Source: a plasmid
Length of the DNA: 64,000 bases
Sequence record: NZ_CP021276.1
Reading direction: 5' to 3' (one strand)
Shown here: piece after piece, positions 22,353 to 31,438 of the stretch
How positions within the stretch are numbered: the stretch's first letter is position 1
How the letters are laid out: every line of letters begins with the position of its first letter
The notes under the pieces: generated by a model
Databases searched by the model: none
What the model was told of the DNA's origin: nothing
What the model saw: the letters and a program-made list of their open reading frames with translations, nothing else
Position numbers and translations under genes: made by a program

Positions 22353-23632
22353 TGGCTATAAAAAAGGGAGCATTTGAATTATATACACAGGAAAGAAAAC
22401 TTCCTGAGAAAAAGGAAAGTAGTCATATCAAAAAAAGCCATTTTTTTGATGATGTATACTCTAAAAACAAAGGTTCACAATTAGTTCATGAACGGTTCAC
22501 AACAGGAGAAGGAATACTCACCGAAGATCAACAAAACCATTCGGGCTCTGATTCAAACAACAATGGAAATATCGGTTCACAAATGGTTCATGAACGGTTC
22601 ACGACAGGAGAAGGAAGGCTCGCCGAAGATCAACAAAACCATTCGGACTCTGATTCAAACAACAATGGAAATATCGGTTCACAAATGGTTCATGAACGGT
22701 TCACGACAGGAGAAGGAAGGCTCGCCGAAGATCAACAAAACCATTCGGACTCTGATTCAAACAATAATGGAAATATCGGTTCACAAATGGTTCATGAACG
22801 GTTCACAACAGGAGAAGGAAGGCTCGCCCAAGATCAACAAAGCCATCTGGATTCTGATTCAAACAACAATGCAAATATCGGTTCACAAATGGTTCATGAA
22901 CGGTTCACAACAGGAGAAGAGAGGCTCGCCCAAGATCAACAAAGCCATCTGGATTCTGATTCAAACAATAATGCAAATATCGGTTCACAAATGGTTCATG
23001 AACGGTTCACAACAGGAGAAGAGAGGCTCGCCCAAGATCAACAAAGCCATCTGGATTCTGATTCAAACAACAATGGAAATATCGGTTCACAAATGGTTCA
23101 TGAACGGTTCACGACAGAAGAAGGAAGGCTCACCGAAAATCAACGAAACCATTCGGACTCTGATTCAAGCAATAATGCAAATATCGGTTCACAATTGGTT
23201 CATGAACGGTTCACAATAGGAGAAAGAGGGCTCGCCCAAGATCAACAAAACCATTCAGAATCTGAATCAAACAACAATGCAGGTATCGGTTCACAATTGG
23301 TTCACACTGATATAAATAATGTTTCATCTGAATTTGTAAAAAAACCTCAAATAAGTTTTTCAAAATTAGTTGGCAATCAAAGAGCAATATTAATAGCTCT
23401 ATATAAGAACATTAAAATTAATAAATCAGATTCAACTGATGAGCTAACCCTTGAATTGATCTCAGAAATTGCGAGAGTAAATCAAAAATCACTTAAAAAC
23501 ACTTTGTTCAGGTTAACTAATGCAGGGGTACTTATTCGGGTAGATCAAAAAGTAGGTAGGGGTGGATGGGTAAAGTACAAAATCAACTCTGAAATCATTA
23601 AAGAAATTCAACAGAAGGAATTTTTCAGATAA
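22352..23632 (+). CDS. Tandem-repeat protein with a C-terminal winged-helix-like domain. It is the candidate centromere-binding partner of ParA and is not ParB-like.
   Basis: 426 aa. It carries nine 34-aa repeats (GSQMVHERFTTGEGRLAEDQQNHSDSDSNNNGNI). The C-terminal ~100 aa is non-repetitive (…ELTLELISEIARVNQKSLKNTLFRLTNAGVLIRVDQKVGRGGWVKY…). Its start overlaps the parA stop (TAATG). Confidence 0.6.
   Translation: MAIKKGAFELYTQERKLPEKKESSHIKKSHFFDDVYSKNKGSQLVHERFTTGEGILTEDQQNHSGSDSNNNGNIGSQMVHERFTTGEGRLAEDQQNHSDSDSNNNGNIGSQMVHERFTTGEGRLAEDQQNHSDSDSNNNGNIGSQMVHERFTTGEGRLAQDQQSHLDSDSNNNANIGSQMVHERFTTGEERLAQDQQSHLDSDSNNNANIGSQMVHERFTTGEERLAQDQQSHLDSDSNNNGNIGSQMVHERFTTEEGRLTENQRNHSDSDSSNNANIGSQLVHERFTIGERGLAQDQQNHSESESNNNAGIGSQLVHTDINNVSSEFVKKPQISFSKLVGNQRAILIALYKNIKINKSDSTDELTLELISEIARVNQKSLKNTLFRLTNAGVLIRVDQKVGRGGWVKYKINSEIIKEIQQKEFFR
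22472..23310. repeat. Nine near-identical 102-bp tandem repeats inside the CDS, each with GGTTCAC-n4-GGTTCATGAAC-GGTTCAC (three half-sites at 11-bp spacing; GTTCATGAAC is palindromic)
   Basis: Unit starts at 22472, 22574, 22676, 22778, 22880, 22982, 23084, 23186 and 23288. This is the same motif as the upstream field at 20802–21173. Confidence 0.85.
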
Positions 23633-24008
23633 TTATATAAGTAAACCGTTAAACACACATCCGAAATTAAGCAGAGCTAAGAATGAAATTACACATATTT
23701 ACCACAAAAGTAGGGCTTCGGAAGTAATGGAACGACCAACCGACTTAAGAGTTATTTGGATCTCTGAGTGACCTTAATTTTCCATCCTTTACCTCATCAG
23801 ACATTGAGGGTTAATATCGGCCTAACATATTAAAAAGCTTTGCAAAATGGTAATAGTCTCACTAAATCTTCTACATTAACAGTAAAGTTATCGCTCTGTA
23901 GCTGGACTAGTGCTCCTAATTGACCCTCCTGTCCAGGTACAACAACTAGGAATATAATAAAACTTACTTGGGGTTCTTCACAGATCCTAGATTAATAAAA
24001 TAAAAATG

Positions 24009-24857
24009 TTAAAGTTTAGAAAATATAGGCTTACACAATCCATTATCAATATCATGAACCTTTTCTTTATGAAGATAAGGTTTCCTAGCAACAACCTGTA
24101 AACACCAAAAACTTACGGGAATTTCATCAATATCATTTAAACTAACATGATTTAAAAACTCATTTACAAAGTCATTCAGAAAGTTCTCTTTTAGATCTGA
24201 TGGTATAAATTTAATTTGGGCTCCTGCAGCATTAAAAAATTCTTTAAGATCTTTAGGGGTTTGATAAAAATAGGTCATTTCCTCTTCTTCGATATTTACT
24301 ATTTGTAATCCGGCTTTGACGAGTAATTGTTCATAATTTGCAACATCAAAAAATGAACGTGGACTAATGTAATCTTTAAAAAAGATAGACCATTTTTCAC
24401 TTGCACAAATTTTGTCGAGTACTAAATGATATAAAGATTTTCGGTGAGATAATAATAACGCAATCTGAGCACCATCTACTGCAGCTTTAGCTATACCTAA
24501 AATTGCACGTTCTTGATTACTCACCCAGTGCAAACAATTAAATGAAGTGACAATATCAAATTGGTTACGAAAAAAATTTTTAGCGGCATCCATCTGAATA
24601 AAACGTATATTATCTTGAGCAATATATTTTTTAGTAGCATGCTCAATCATAGCTTCGGAAATATCCGATCCAATAATACATCCATCAGTTACAATTTTTG
24701 CAATTTCATTTGTAATAACTCCATCACCACATCCTATATCTAATATCCTTGAGGTTGAATTAAATGAGATTTTACTTAGCATTTTCATTGCAAAGTTATA
24801 CTGTAACGCATTATTTTTGCTATAAAGTTCAGGGTTTTTAAAAATATGTACAGGCAT
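24009..24857 (-). CDS. Class I SAM-dependent methyltransferase (Tam / methyltransferase-11-like)
   Basis: Has the ILDIGCGDGVIT glycine-rich SAM motif. The gene is very AT-rich. Confidence 0.65.
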   Translation of the reverse strand: MPVHIFKNPELYSKNNALQYNFAMKMLSKISFNSTSRILDIGCGDGVITNEIAKIVTDGCIIGSDISEAMIEHATKKYIAQDNIRFIQMDAAKNFFRNQFDIVTSFNCLHWVSNQERAILGIAKAAVDGAQIALLLSHRKSLYHLVLDKICASEKWSIFFKDYISPRSFFDVANYEQLLVKAGLQIVNIEEEEMTYFYQTPKDLKEFFNAAGAQIKFIPSDLKENFLNDFVNEFLNHVSLNDIDEIPVSFWCLQVVARKPYLHKEKVHDIDNGLCKPIFSKL

Positions 24858-25090
24858 GATTAGTTAATTTTGCCATATATAGAAAATTTACATTATAGAA
24901 CTTGTTTGTATTACAATCCAGAAATACTGAATATTTATATTACCCTGTGATGCTTGAGAAATATTAAATCAACTATAGAACTCTAAATTATAAAACGTGT
25001 TTGATAAAATAAAGAGCATCAATATCCCTTTTTTGATATAATCGTGTTTCAAGAAACAAGCAGTTAGCTTAAATAGAAATAGGGAAAGTT

Positions 25091-25633
25091 GTGATCAAGG
25101 ACATTCTTAAAAAAATATTTTTATTAATCAATGAAATAAAATCTCAAAACCTAGAAATAACTTCGGAAGAAGAGAATGATGAATCTGGACTGATGTATTT
25201 ATCAGTAAAAATAGTAGGAAAATGCACGCTACCTATTCTAAAAGATCCACTAATTTTACTAAAGGAAAGTGGATCAAAAAGCCATTTTTCAGAAGATGAT
25301 TTTAATTGGATATTAGCTACTATATTAGAAAATCAGAAAAGAATAATCGAAAAAAAATATAAAAAAAGATTCTTATTAATCAAACACCAATTTTCCGAGC
25401 AATTAGAAGAACCTTTAATTGTTTATAAAGATCAGCTAACAAATCAAATATACATTAAACCCGCTAAAGAAATATATTCTAATATAGAAAAATTAAAACA
25501 ATTCAGTTCTGAAGATAGTGCTTGCATAGGTAATATAGTTGGTTGCAACGAAACTGAGAAAGATTATAAGTTCTGCCGAGAACATAAAAAAGATAATTTA
25601 ATTAGGTTCGATATTTCGTCCTTAACTGGTTAA
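25091..25633 (+). CDS. Hypothetical protein (180 aa)
   Basis: ORF only. Confidence 0.3.
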   Translation: MIKDILKKIFLLINEIKSQNLEITSEEENDESGLMYLSVKIVGKCTLPILKDPLILLKESGSKSHFSEDDFNWILATILENQKRIIEKKYKKRFLLIKHQFSEQLEEPLIVYKDQLTNQIYIKPAKEIYSNIEKLKQFSSEDSACIGNIVGCNETEKDYKFCREHKKDNLIRFDISSLTG

Positions 25634-26351
25634 TATTCATTACATTGTATGCAGTTTCTTTATTGGTACAATTTGCATTTATTATTTTTTTAACTTTATA
25701 AACGACAAATGCATTTGGAATACAAATAATGAGAGAATAAATCATTTTTAAAACATAATCAGAAATAATTATATTTGAGGTTTCCCAAATATTTGCAACG
25801 CTAAAGTAGTGGAAGGTTATTAAATTAGTAGATATTGTAAATAATAACTCGCCGACTGCAGTCGCCCCTAAACTCCGGATAAAAAACCCCTTACCGAATA
25901 TTTTCACGCCCCATCTTGCTAGAACATAAGTATTGGCAAAAAAACCTATAGCGAGGGATATTGAGTCAGCTACAGCTATATGCAAAAAACCAGACGTTAA
26001 TACAGGATAAATTTCTTGATTTTTCCACAATGCTGGAGAGGGCAACGAAGCAAGAAAATATGTAATATAGCTAAATAAAAATTCACATATAATTGTTGCA
26101 ATTATCATTAGGTATGATGTTTTTTCACCAAAAATTTCAGTAAGTGAATCATTAATTGGAAAAAGCAATGGAAAAACAAAAACTGATGCACATAATATCC
26201 TACCGTTCAAGTCAACAGTCTTATAACCCATTACGAATGATGCAAAAAAAATTGTTATATAAAGCATGCCGATAACGATTAAATAGCAACCTTTATCTAA
26301 CTCTTTAAAATACATGGATAATTTATTTAATATTACTTTTGATGGAATCAA
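25602..26351 (-). CDS. YhhQ/VUT-family (DUF165) membrane transporter, the queuosine-precursor transporter family
   Basis: FPLLFPINDSLTEIFG aligns with E. coli YhhQ FPFIFLATDLTVRIFG (from memory). It is a multi-TM protein. Confidence 0.5.
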   Translation of the reverse strand: MIPSKVILNKLSMYFKELDKGCYLIVIGMLYITIFFASFVMGYKTVDLNGRILCASVFVFPLLFPINDSLTEIFGEKTSYLMIIATIICEFLFSYITYFLASLPSPALWKNQEIYPVLTSGFLHIAVADSISLAIGFFANTYVLARWGVKIFGKGFFIRSLGATAVGELLFTISTNLITFHYFSVANIWETSNIIISDYVLKMIYSLIICIPNAFVVYKVKKIINANCTNKETAYNVMNINQLRTKYRT

Positions 26352-26372
26352 TTTATCGCCTTATTTCAATTT

Positions 26373-27023
26373 TTATCTGCTTTTAACCAAACTTAGCGAA
26401 TTAGCAGACTGTTCAACCTTATTAAAGTCAAATAAATTAGTTCTGTAATGCACAATAACACCTATGAACGTGTATTCTTGTTTAATTATTTTAGTTAACT
26501 CAACTGGAAAATCAGAATTTAAAATTTTCAAATAATAATTCTCCCCATCGCTAATTAATTGCCTAATTCTAGGTTGATCATTATCTTTTTTTATAAGAAA
26601 AACAAAATCTTTATTCGTAATTTCTCGATCTGGATCAATGATGACAATAGAGTTTTTTAATATGAATGGCTCCATAGTATTGTCTTGGCAAATACTTGCA
26701 AAACTTCTTTGATTCAATGGGAAATCAATCGGTATACTATCAAATTTAGATTTTTCCTCTGGATTCAATTTAAAGAAATTTGCAACCTCAAGAGCGGGAA
26801 CCAATGGAATTTGTTTACACCCTATCGGTTCCTCCCCAATTAATTGACTAACAGTGATCTGAAAAAAGGTTGCCAGTTTTTTTAGAACTTCAATGGTTGG
26901 ATTTCCATCACTTTTTAATAGTCTGTAAATCGTACTTGCCGGAACACCAGTTAAACGCTCTATTTCAAGAGCGTTTAGGCCAAATTTTTTTATTAATTCA
27001 GATAATACGATAGCAATTGACAT
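26373..27023 (-). CDS. lvrR: LvrR-like repressor: XRE-family HTH plus S24 (LexA/CI-like) peptidase domain
   Basis: The N-terminal ...LTGVPASTIYRLLKSDGNPTIEVLKKLATFF... is an HTH. The ~120-aa C-terminal domain fits the S24-like fold. It is divergent from the lvrA-like gene and sits next to the csrA paralog and traT. Confidence 0.65.
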   Translation of the reverse strand: MSIAIVLSELIKKFGLNALEIERLTGVPASTIYRLLKSDGNPTIEVLKKLATFFQITVSQLIGEEPIGCKQIPLVPALEVANFFKLNPEEKSKFDSIPIDFPLNQRSFASICQDNTMEPFILKNSIVIIDPDREITNKDFVFLIKKDNDQPRIRQLISDGENYYLKILNSDFPVELTKIIKQEYTFIGVIVHYRTNLFDFNKVEQSANSLSLVKSR

Positions 27024-27043
27024 AATTCGCCATTTATAATAAA

Positions 27044-27061
27044 TTTACCATATATGGTAAA
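27044..27061. promoter_or_regulatory. Perfect 18-bp palindrome TTTACCATATATGGTAAA in the lvrR / lvrA divergent promoter region (candidate repressor operator)
   Basis: Seen directly in the sequence. Confidence 0.5.
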
Positions 27062-27141
27062 TAAAGTTGTATTAATTAACATTATAAATTGATTTGCCAT
27101 AAAAATAAACAAACACGTTTAGCTCTACAAGGACAGCGATT

Positions 27142-28116
27142 GTGCAAGGAATAGATTGTTATAACAAATACATAAGGGAAATCGAGAAAGCATTTATGGG
27201 ACTACCATACGCTTCTTCAATAATAGTCAAATCACTGGTTACTCTAGCTGATTCCTCCACTGGCATTGTTAATGACATTACATATAACGAATTAGCAAAA
27301 CTACTTACGGTCAATCCGGCACCTGGAAGAAGGAATAGTGGCACTCCAACAAAACAAAGTATTCGTAATTACATCAAATCAATAGAGAAGGAATGCGGGG
27401 AATATTTTAAAGTAGTTTCCGAAGGTCAATCTCTCAAATTTCTTTTCCCTCAACTACCTAAAATTTATAGTGAAATCTTCGGGAACACGGAAGTTAACAC
27501 AGTAACAAACTCAGTCAGCACCCAAGAAAACATTGGTAAAAATAAGGTTTTTGATATAGGAATTAACACAGAATTTAACATAGAAGATAACACCCATAAC
27601 CCATCTGTAAAGAATATTAATATATTTAATATAACTAACTCAAACAAACAAACTCAAACTACGAGCAATGATTTTTCTCGCAGCAAAAAACCAATTGGCG
27701 ATGATTTTTACCCAAACACAAAAACCATCGAAATGGCATTTTCCATGGGACTAACCAAAGTAACTGACAAAGAAGAAATTCAGGCGTTTATCAAACACAA
27801 CAAGAAACAAAACACTCTATGGGCTGACTTTAATCCAGTATTCATTAACTGGCTGGAGCGAGATGCCCAATACATCCAAAAACAACTACAAAAGGCACAA
27901 GGACAATTAAGGAGTCATCACAATGAGCGTGGTATCAATCAAAGCACTCTTAACCAAACAGCACTCGAACGAGTCAGCGAACATCATGGCATTTCAATCG
28001 ACTCACTCTGGGACACCTCAGGCACTGAACTCAACTCCGGTGCATTTATCGAAGGAACACTTGTCCAGCCTCTGGATGAAGCTGACCGCAATATACGGGC
28101 AACTTTTTATCAGTAA
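27142..28116 (+). CDS. LvrA-like hypothetical protein
   Basis: 324 aa with a GTG start in the ORF track. It occupies the lvrA position of the lvrRABC-type module. No domain was recognised. Confidence 0.4.
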   Translation: MQGIDCYNKYIREIEKAFMGLPYASSIIVKSLVTLADSSTGIVNDITYNELAKLLTVNPAPGRRNSGTPTKQSIRNYIKSIEKECGEYFKVVSEGQSLKFLFPQLPKIYSEIFGNTEVNTVTNSVSTQENIGKNKVFDIGINTEFNIEDNTHNPSVKNINIFNITNSNKQTQTTSNDFSRSKKPIGDDFYPNTKTIEMAFSMGLTKVTDKEEIQAFIKHNKKQNTLWADFNPVFINWLERDAQYIQKQLQKAQGQLRSHHNERGINQSTLNQTALERVSEHHGISIDSLWDTSGTELNSGAFIEGTLVQPLDEADRNIRATFYQ

Positions 28117-28597
28117 GCATGGAGTGAAAGATACTGGAGTTTGGTTTGCTGCACTTAAAGATTTAACTCCAAAAGCATTAGACAGTGGTGTGGAGCGATT
28201 AATGGCCCTGAGTAGAGGCGACAAGTTTTGTGAATTTCCACCCAACTGCCTGCAGTTTCGAGCTTTATGTCTTGGCTTTTATAGTGATTTGCGCCTGCCT
28301 TCCGCTGCCCAGGCGCATAGGGAGGTATTAAACAGCGCTTATTCAACGAACCCAAACTGGAGTCATGCAGTGGTTAAATTTACTGCTAAAAGACTGGGGC
28401 TTAAATTTCTGGAAATTGATAATGAAGGCCATTCTTTTGCAGTATTTAAAGAAGCCTATGAACAGGTATGTCATTTAATGAGACAAGGACACCAGATCCC
28501 GGAAATTAAAGAGAAGGTCTTGTGCGCTTTGCCTCAATCAAAGGACATTGCAACAACACACCTTGCGAAAATTCGCCAGTTATTGGGAGTTGCATGA
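28076..28597 (+). CDS. LvrB-like hypothetical protein (start uncertain)
   Basis: The longest ORF begins at 27923 in another frame, overlapping lvrA. The internal Met at 28076 is more plausible. Confidence 0.35.
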   Translation: MKLTAIYGQLFISKHGVKDTGVWFAALKDLTPKALDSGVERLMALSRGDKFCEFPPNCLQFRALCLGFYSDLRLPSAAQAHREVLNSAYSTNPNWSHAVVKFTAKRLGLKFLEIDNEGHSFAVFKEAYEQVCHLMRQGHQIPEIKEKVLCALPQSKDIATTHLAKIRQLLGVA

Positions 28598-28797
28598 TGA
28601 AACAAATTCCATGTTTAAAACTGTTTACAAAGGAAGAGCTGTACTGTCTTTTAAACGCCTGCTCTGAGTCATTGGCTCTGGCCTATCAGGAAATCCCTGA
28701 ATGCGATTTCTGGCACATTGCGATGGAGGCACGATTGGCATGCGAAGCGCTTCGATTCGAAATTGATTCACAAAAAAAAGAATATTCAATTCACTAA
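28594..28797 (+). CDS. Small Cys-containing hypothetical protein (67 aa), coupled (ATGA) to the lvrB-like gene
   Basis: MMKQIPCLKLFTKEELYCLLNACSESLALAYQEIPECDFWHIAMEARLACEALRFEID... Confidence 0.3.
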   Translation: MMKQIPCLKLFTKEELYCLLNACSESLALAYQEIPECDFWHIAMEARLACEALRFEIDSQKKEYSIH

Positions 28798-28816
28798 CCA
28801 ATAAAAGGAACACAGC

Positions 28817-29041
28817 ATGTTAATACTTACACGTAGAATAGGCGAAACCGTACTAATCAATGATGACATTTATATCACCGTGCTCGGTGTTAAAGGGAAT
28901 CAAGTCCGCTTAGGGTTCGATGCACCACAAGATGTAATTATTCATCGTCAGGAAATACATCAAAAAATTAAAAATGAACAATCTCTGTTTTTAAATAAGC
29001 CTGGTAAGTGGAAGGAAGAGCGTGGCGTACAGACTCATTAA
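28817..29041 (+). CDS. csrA: CsrA-family RNA-binding regulator (a plasmid/ICE paralog of the LvrC/CsrT type)
   Basis: [47 protein letters not shown] is a textbook CsrA sequence. Confidence 0.9.
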   Translation: MLILTRRIGETVLINDDIYITVLGVKGNQVRLGFDAPQDVIIHRQEIHQKIKNEQSLFLNKPGKWKEERGVQTH

Positions 29042-29079
29042 CCAATCAAATCATCATACTAACGAGTTAAGGGAATAAA

Positions 29080-29832
29080 ATGAAACCATGCATTAACCAG
29101 ATACAAAAGGCAATTACCACTTTAGCTTTAACTGGATCTTTTGCCCTGTTGGTGAGCTGTGCTGCTACATCAACAGTAATTGAACATCGTAACTTAGAAA
29201 CAGATACAAAACTCAGCCAAACGATTTTTCTTGATCCTGTGGCTCAAAGTCAAAAAACGATTTACATCACAATTAAGAATACTTCTCAAGAGTCATTATC
29301 CATTGATAAGTCACTAAAGCAGGCATTAGAAGAACATGGCTATAAAGTGGTTGGAAATCCATCCAAAGCCCATTACCTGCTACAAGCCAATATTTTAAAG
29401 GTTGGAAAAATGAGCGTGTCTGCAAGTCAGTCTGCGCTAGGTGGCGGGTATGGCAGTGCATTGGCGGGGGCTGCAACAGGAACTGCACTGGGTGCATTAA
29501 GCGGTCATTCAAGCACCATGATTGGTGCAGGTATTGGTGGAGGAATTATTGGTTTGGCTGCAGATTCTCTAGTCAAGGCAGTGAATTACACGATGATTAC
29601 CGATGTACAAATTTCTGAGCGCGTTGGAAAGGGTGCCGTTCATGAACAGTTTAATTCCAACCTTCAAAATGGCACAGCATCTGGAACCACCCAGACATTG
29701 AGCAAACACAGTGATTATCAACGCTATAGAACGCGGGTGGTATCCAATGCCGATAAAGTCAATCTGAATTTTGCAGCAGCACGACCCGCATTGGAACAAG
29801 GTCTGGTAAAAACATTAGCGGGCATCTTTTGA
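29080..29832 (+). CDS. traT: TraT surface-exclusion outer-membrane lipoprotein
   Basis: Aligns with F TraT along its length (…NYTMITDVQI…RVVSNA.KVNL.F…) and has a lipobox (LLVSC). Confidence 0.9.
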   Translation: MKPCINQIQKAITTLALTGSFALLVSCAATSTVIEHRNLETDTKLSQTIFLDPVAQSQKTIYITIKNTSQESLSIDKSLKQALEEHGYKVVGNPSKAHYLLQANILKVGKMSVSASQSALGGGYGSALAGAATGTALGALSGHSSTMIGAGIGGGIIGLAADSLVKAVNYTMITDVQISERVGKGAVHEQFNSNLQNGTASGTTQTLSKHSDYQRYRTRVVSNADKVNLNFAAARPALEQGLVKTLAGIF

Positions 29833-29909
29833 TGCAGCCTGATTAAAGATTCATAAAAAAAAGTGCATGGGATTTAAAAAAACACTAATTAGTTAAAGAG
29901 GGAATAGTA

Positions 29910-30311
29910 ATGAGAAGCAATGTAATAGCAGGACTTATCATCACCGCACTGGGTTCACCCTGTGCTGTTGCAACCAGTTCGAATCACTACGATTTAGAAA
30001 GACGAATTTTTGATACGTCTTATCAACTCAACCAGATTGCCAAAGAAAACGACTACGATTTATGTTCTGGAGATGTCGCAATTGCAGCAGCCTACCTGGA
30101 GTCAGCAGGAGCGCAATTGCAGCATCATCAAAAAGACAGAGCAGTTGTTTCTATGGCTTATGGATACAATGAATTAAAAGAAATCAGCAATGTAAGAAGC
30201 TACTGTACACATTTATCACCAAAGGTAAAACCCTATCTTGCACGAGTCATTGTGATGAAAAGTGAACTTGAGAACATCAACATACCAGAAACAGACCAAA
30301 CATCGGACTAA
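29910..30311 (+). CDS. Exported hypothetical protein (signal peptide, Cys pairs)
   Basis: ORF with an N-terminal signal peptide. Confidence 0.3.
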   Translation: MRSNVIAGLIITALGSPCAVATSSNHYDLERRIFDTSYQLNQIAKENDYDLCSGDVAIAAAYLESAGAQLQHHQKDRAVVSMAYGYNELKEISNVRSYCTHLSPKVKPYLARVIVMKSELENINIPETDQTSD

Positions 30312-30354
30312 GTTTAAAGGTTTAAGTTCATAGCAAAAATAAAAGGAGCACTTA

Positions 30355-30726
30355 ATGAACGTTATTAAAACACTCATGCTGTCGATGACCCTCATGATTG
30401 TGAGTGGAGTTATTCACGCAGAGCCCACAACACTGCCTGAAAACAACTTTAAGATTAATCAGAATCTGACCGCCGCTTCAACTGAAAATGATGAACAGGA
30501 TGTCGAATATTTTAAACACATTCTTTCCGGTGGAGCGCTTTTTACGCTTTTGTTATCAATGGATAAGGAGGTTCCTGACGTAGCCAAATCAGTTGAGTAT
30601 GTGGCTTTGTTCAAAAAGCTGGATTCTGCAAATCACTTACTGACACAAATTTTAGTTGAACTTAAAAAGAACAACCACCTATTAAGTCAAAGCATGCTCG
30701 ATAAAGGAGTAACCATGAATGGATAA
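30355..30726 (+). CDS. Exported hypothetical protein
   Basis: ORF with an N-terminal signal peptide. Confidence 0.3.
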   Translation: MNVIKTLMLSMTLMIVSGVIHAEPTTLPENNFKINQNLTAASTENDEQDVEYFKHILSGGALFTLLLSMDKEVPDVAKSVEYVALFKKLDSANHLLTQILVELKKNNHLLSQSMLDKGVTMNG

Positions 30727-30832
30727 ACTCTCTTTATAAAACCACAAAAACACGATTCATTAAATAAAAAGAATAAAAAATGAGCACAAATTAGGGCTCA
30801 GGGGATTTTTTTAACCAAAAAAGGAGAATGTG

Positions 30833-31144
30833 ATGAACTATAGAACAGCAATGAACGAATTGAGCATTAAAGGATATCTGTATGCTAGGCAACTGCTCCC
30901 TTTTTTAATGATTGGTTTGGCACTGTTGTGTTTGATGCCTGACTCTTGTTTTGCGGCTGAGAATCGGCTTTCTGGATTAAAAGAGGAAGTAAAGGCAACC
31001 TTTGGAGCTGATTCAGATCTCCCTTATTTTCTTTTGTTAGCAGAAGGGCTTGCAGGGGCTTATGCCTACATCAAAACCAAAAATATCGCAGTCCTTGCGG
31101 GTGTTCCTGTATTGATGGTGTTTACTCACTGGGCATTGAAATAA
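30833..31144 (+). CDS. traA: F-type propilin TraA
   Basis: Has a long leader ending ...CFAA. The mature part (VKATFGADSDLPYFLLLAEGLAGAYAYIKTKNIAVLAG) resembles F-pilin (VKATFGKDSSVVKWVVLAEVLVGAVMYMMTKN). An AAGGAG RBS lies upstream. Confidence 0.7.
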   Translation: MNYRTAMNELSIKGYLYARQLLPFLMIGLALLCLMPDSCFAAENRLSGLKEEVKATFGADSDLPYFLLLAEGLAGAYAYIKTKNIAVLAGVPVLMVFTHWALK

Positions 31145-31434
31145 TGGCTCGCAACTACCAAACCTTTATGCTCTCTGATGAGCCTAAAATTGCGGGTATT
31201 CCTGTTACCACAGGCCTGCCCATTTTTTTACTCACGGGAATTGGGCTTTTAACAGGACTTGCCTATCAGCTTTTTATGATAGGCGCAGCCCTAAGCGTTG
31301 CGATGCATATCAAGTATGGAGGACTGCCTCTGCGGAGTCTGTTTGCCATCGTATACTGGTCGCTGCCTCACAGGTTAACGTCCCTTGTATTTCGAGCTTT
31401 TCCCGATTCTGCCAACCGAATTTATATCAGGTGA
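31144..31434 (+). CDS. traL: TraL (T4SS VirB3-like)
   Basis: The C-terminal YWSLPHRLTSLVFRAFPDSANRIY matches F TraL YWHLPSSVFRRLLRHHLPDSAYRQW. Confidence 0.8.
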   Translation: MARNYQTFMLSDEPKIAGIPVTTGLPIFLLTGIGLLTGLAYQLFMIGAALSVAMHIKYGGLPLRSLFAIVYWSLPHRLTSLVFRAFPDSANRIYIR

Positions 31435-31438
31435 TTTA

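Noticed and set aside
22488-23219. 243-aa alternative-frame ORF across the tandem repeats
   Set aside because: It is a frame-shifted reading of the same repeats (the repetition keeps any frame open). The frame beginning at 22352 has the RBS/coupled start and a non-repetitive, structured C-terminal domain.
22472-23310. A regular ~100-bp tandem array that could be mistaken for a CRISPR array or a minisatellite
   Set aside because: Units are near-identical over their whole 102-bp length, with no repeat-spacer alternation. The array is in frame (34 aa per unit) inside a long ORF that has an RBS and start coupling to parA.
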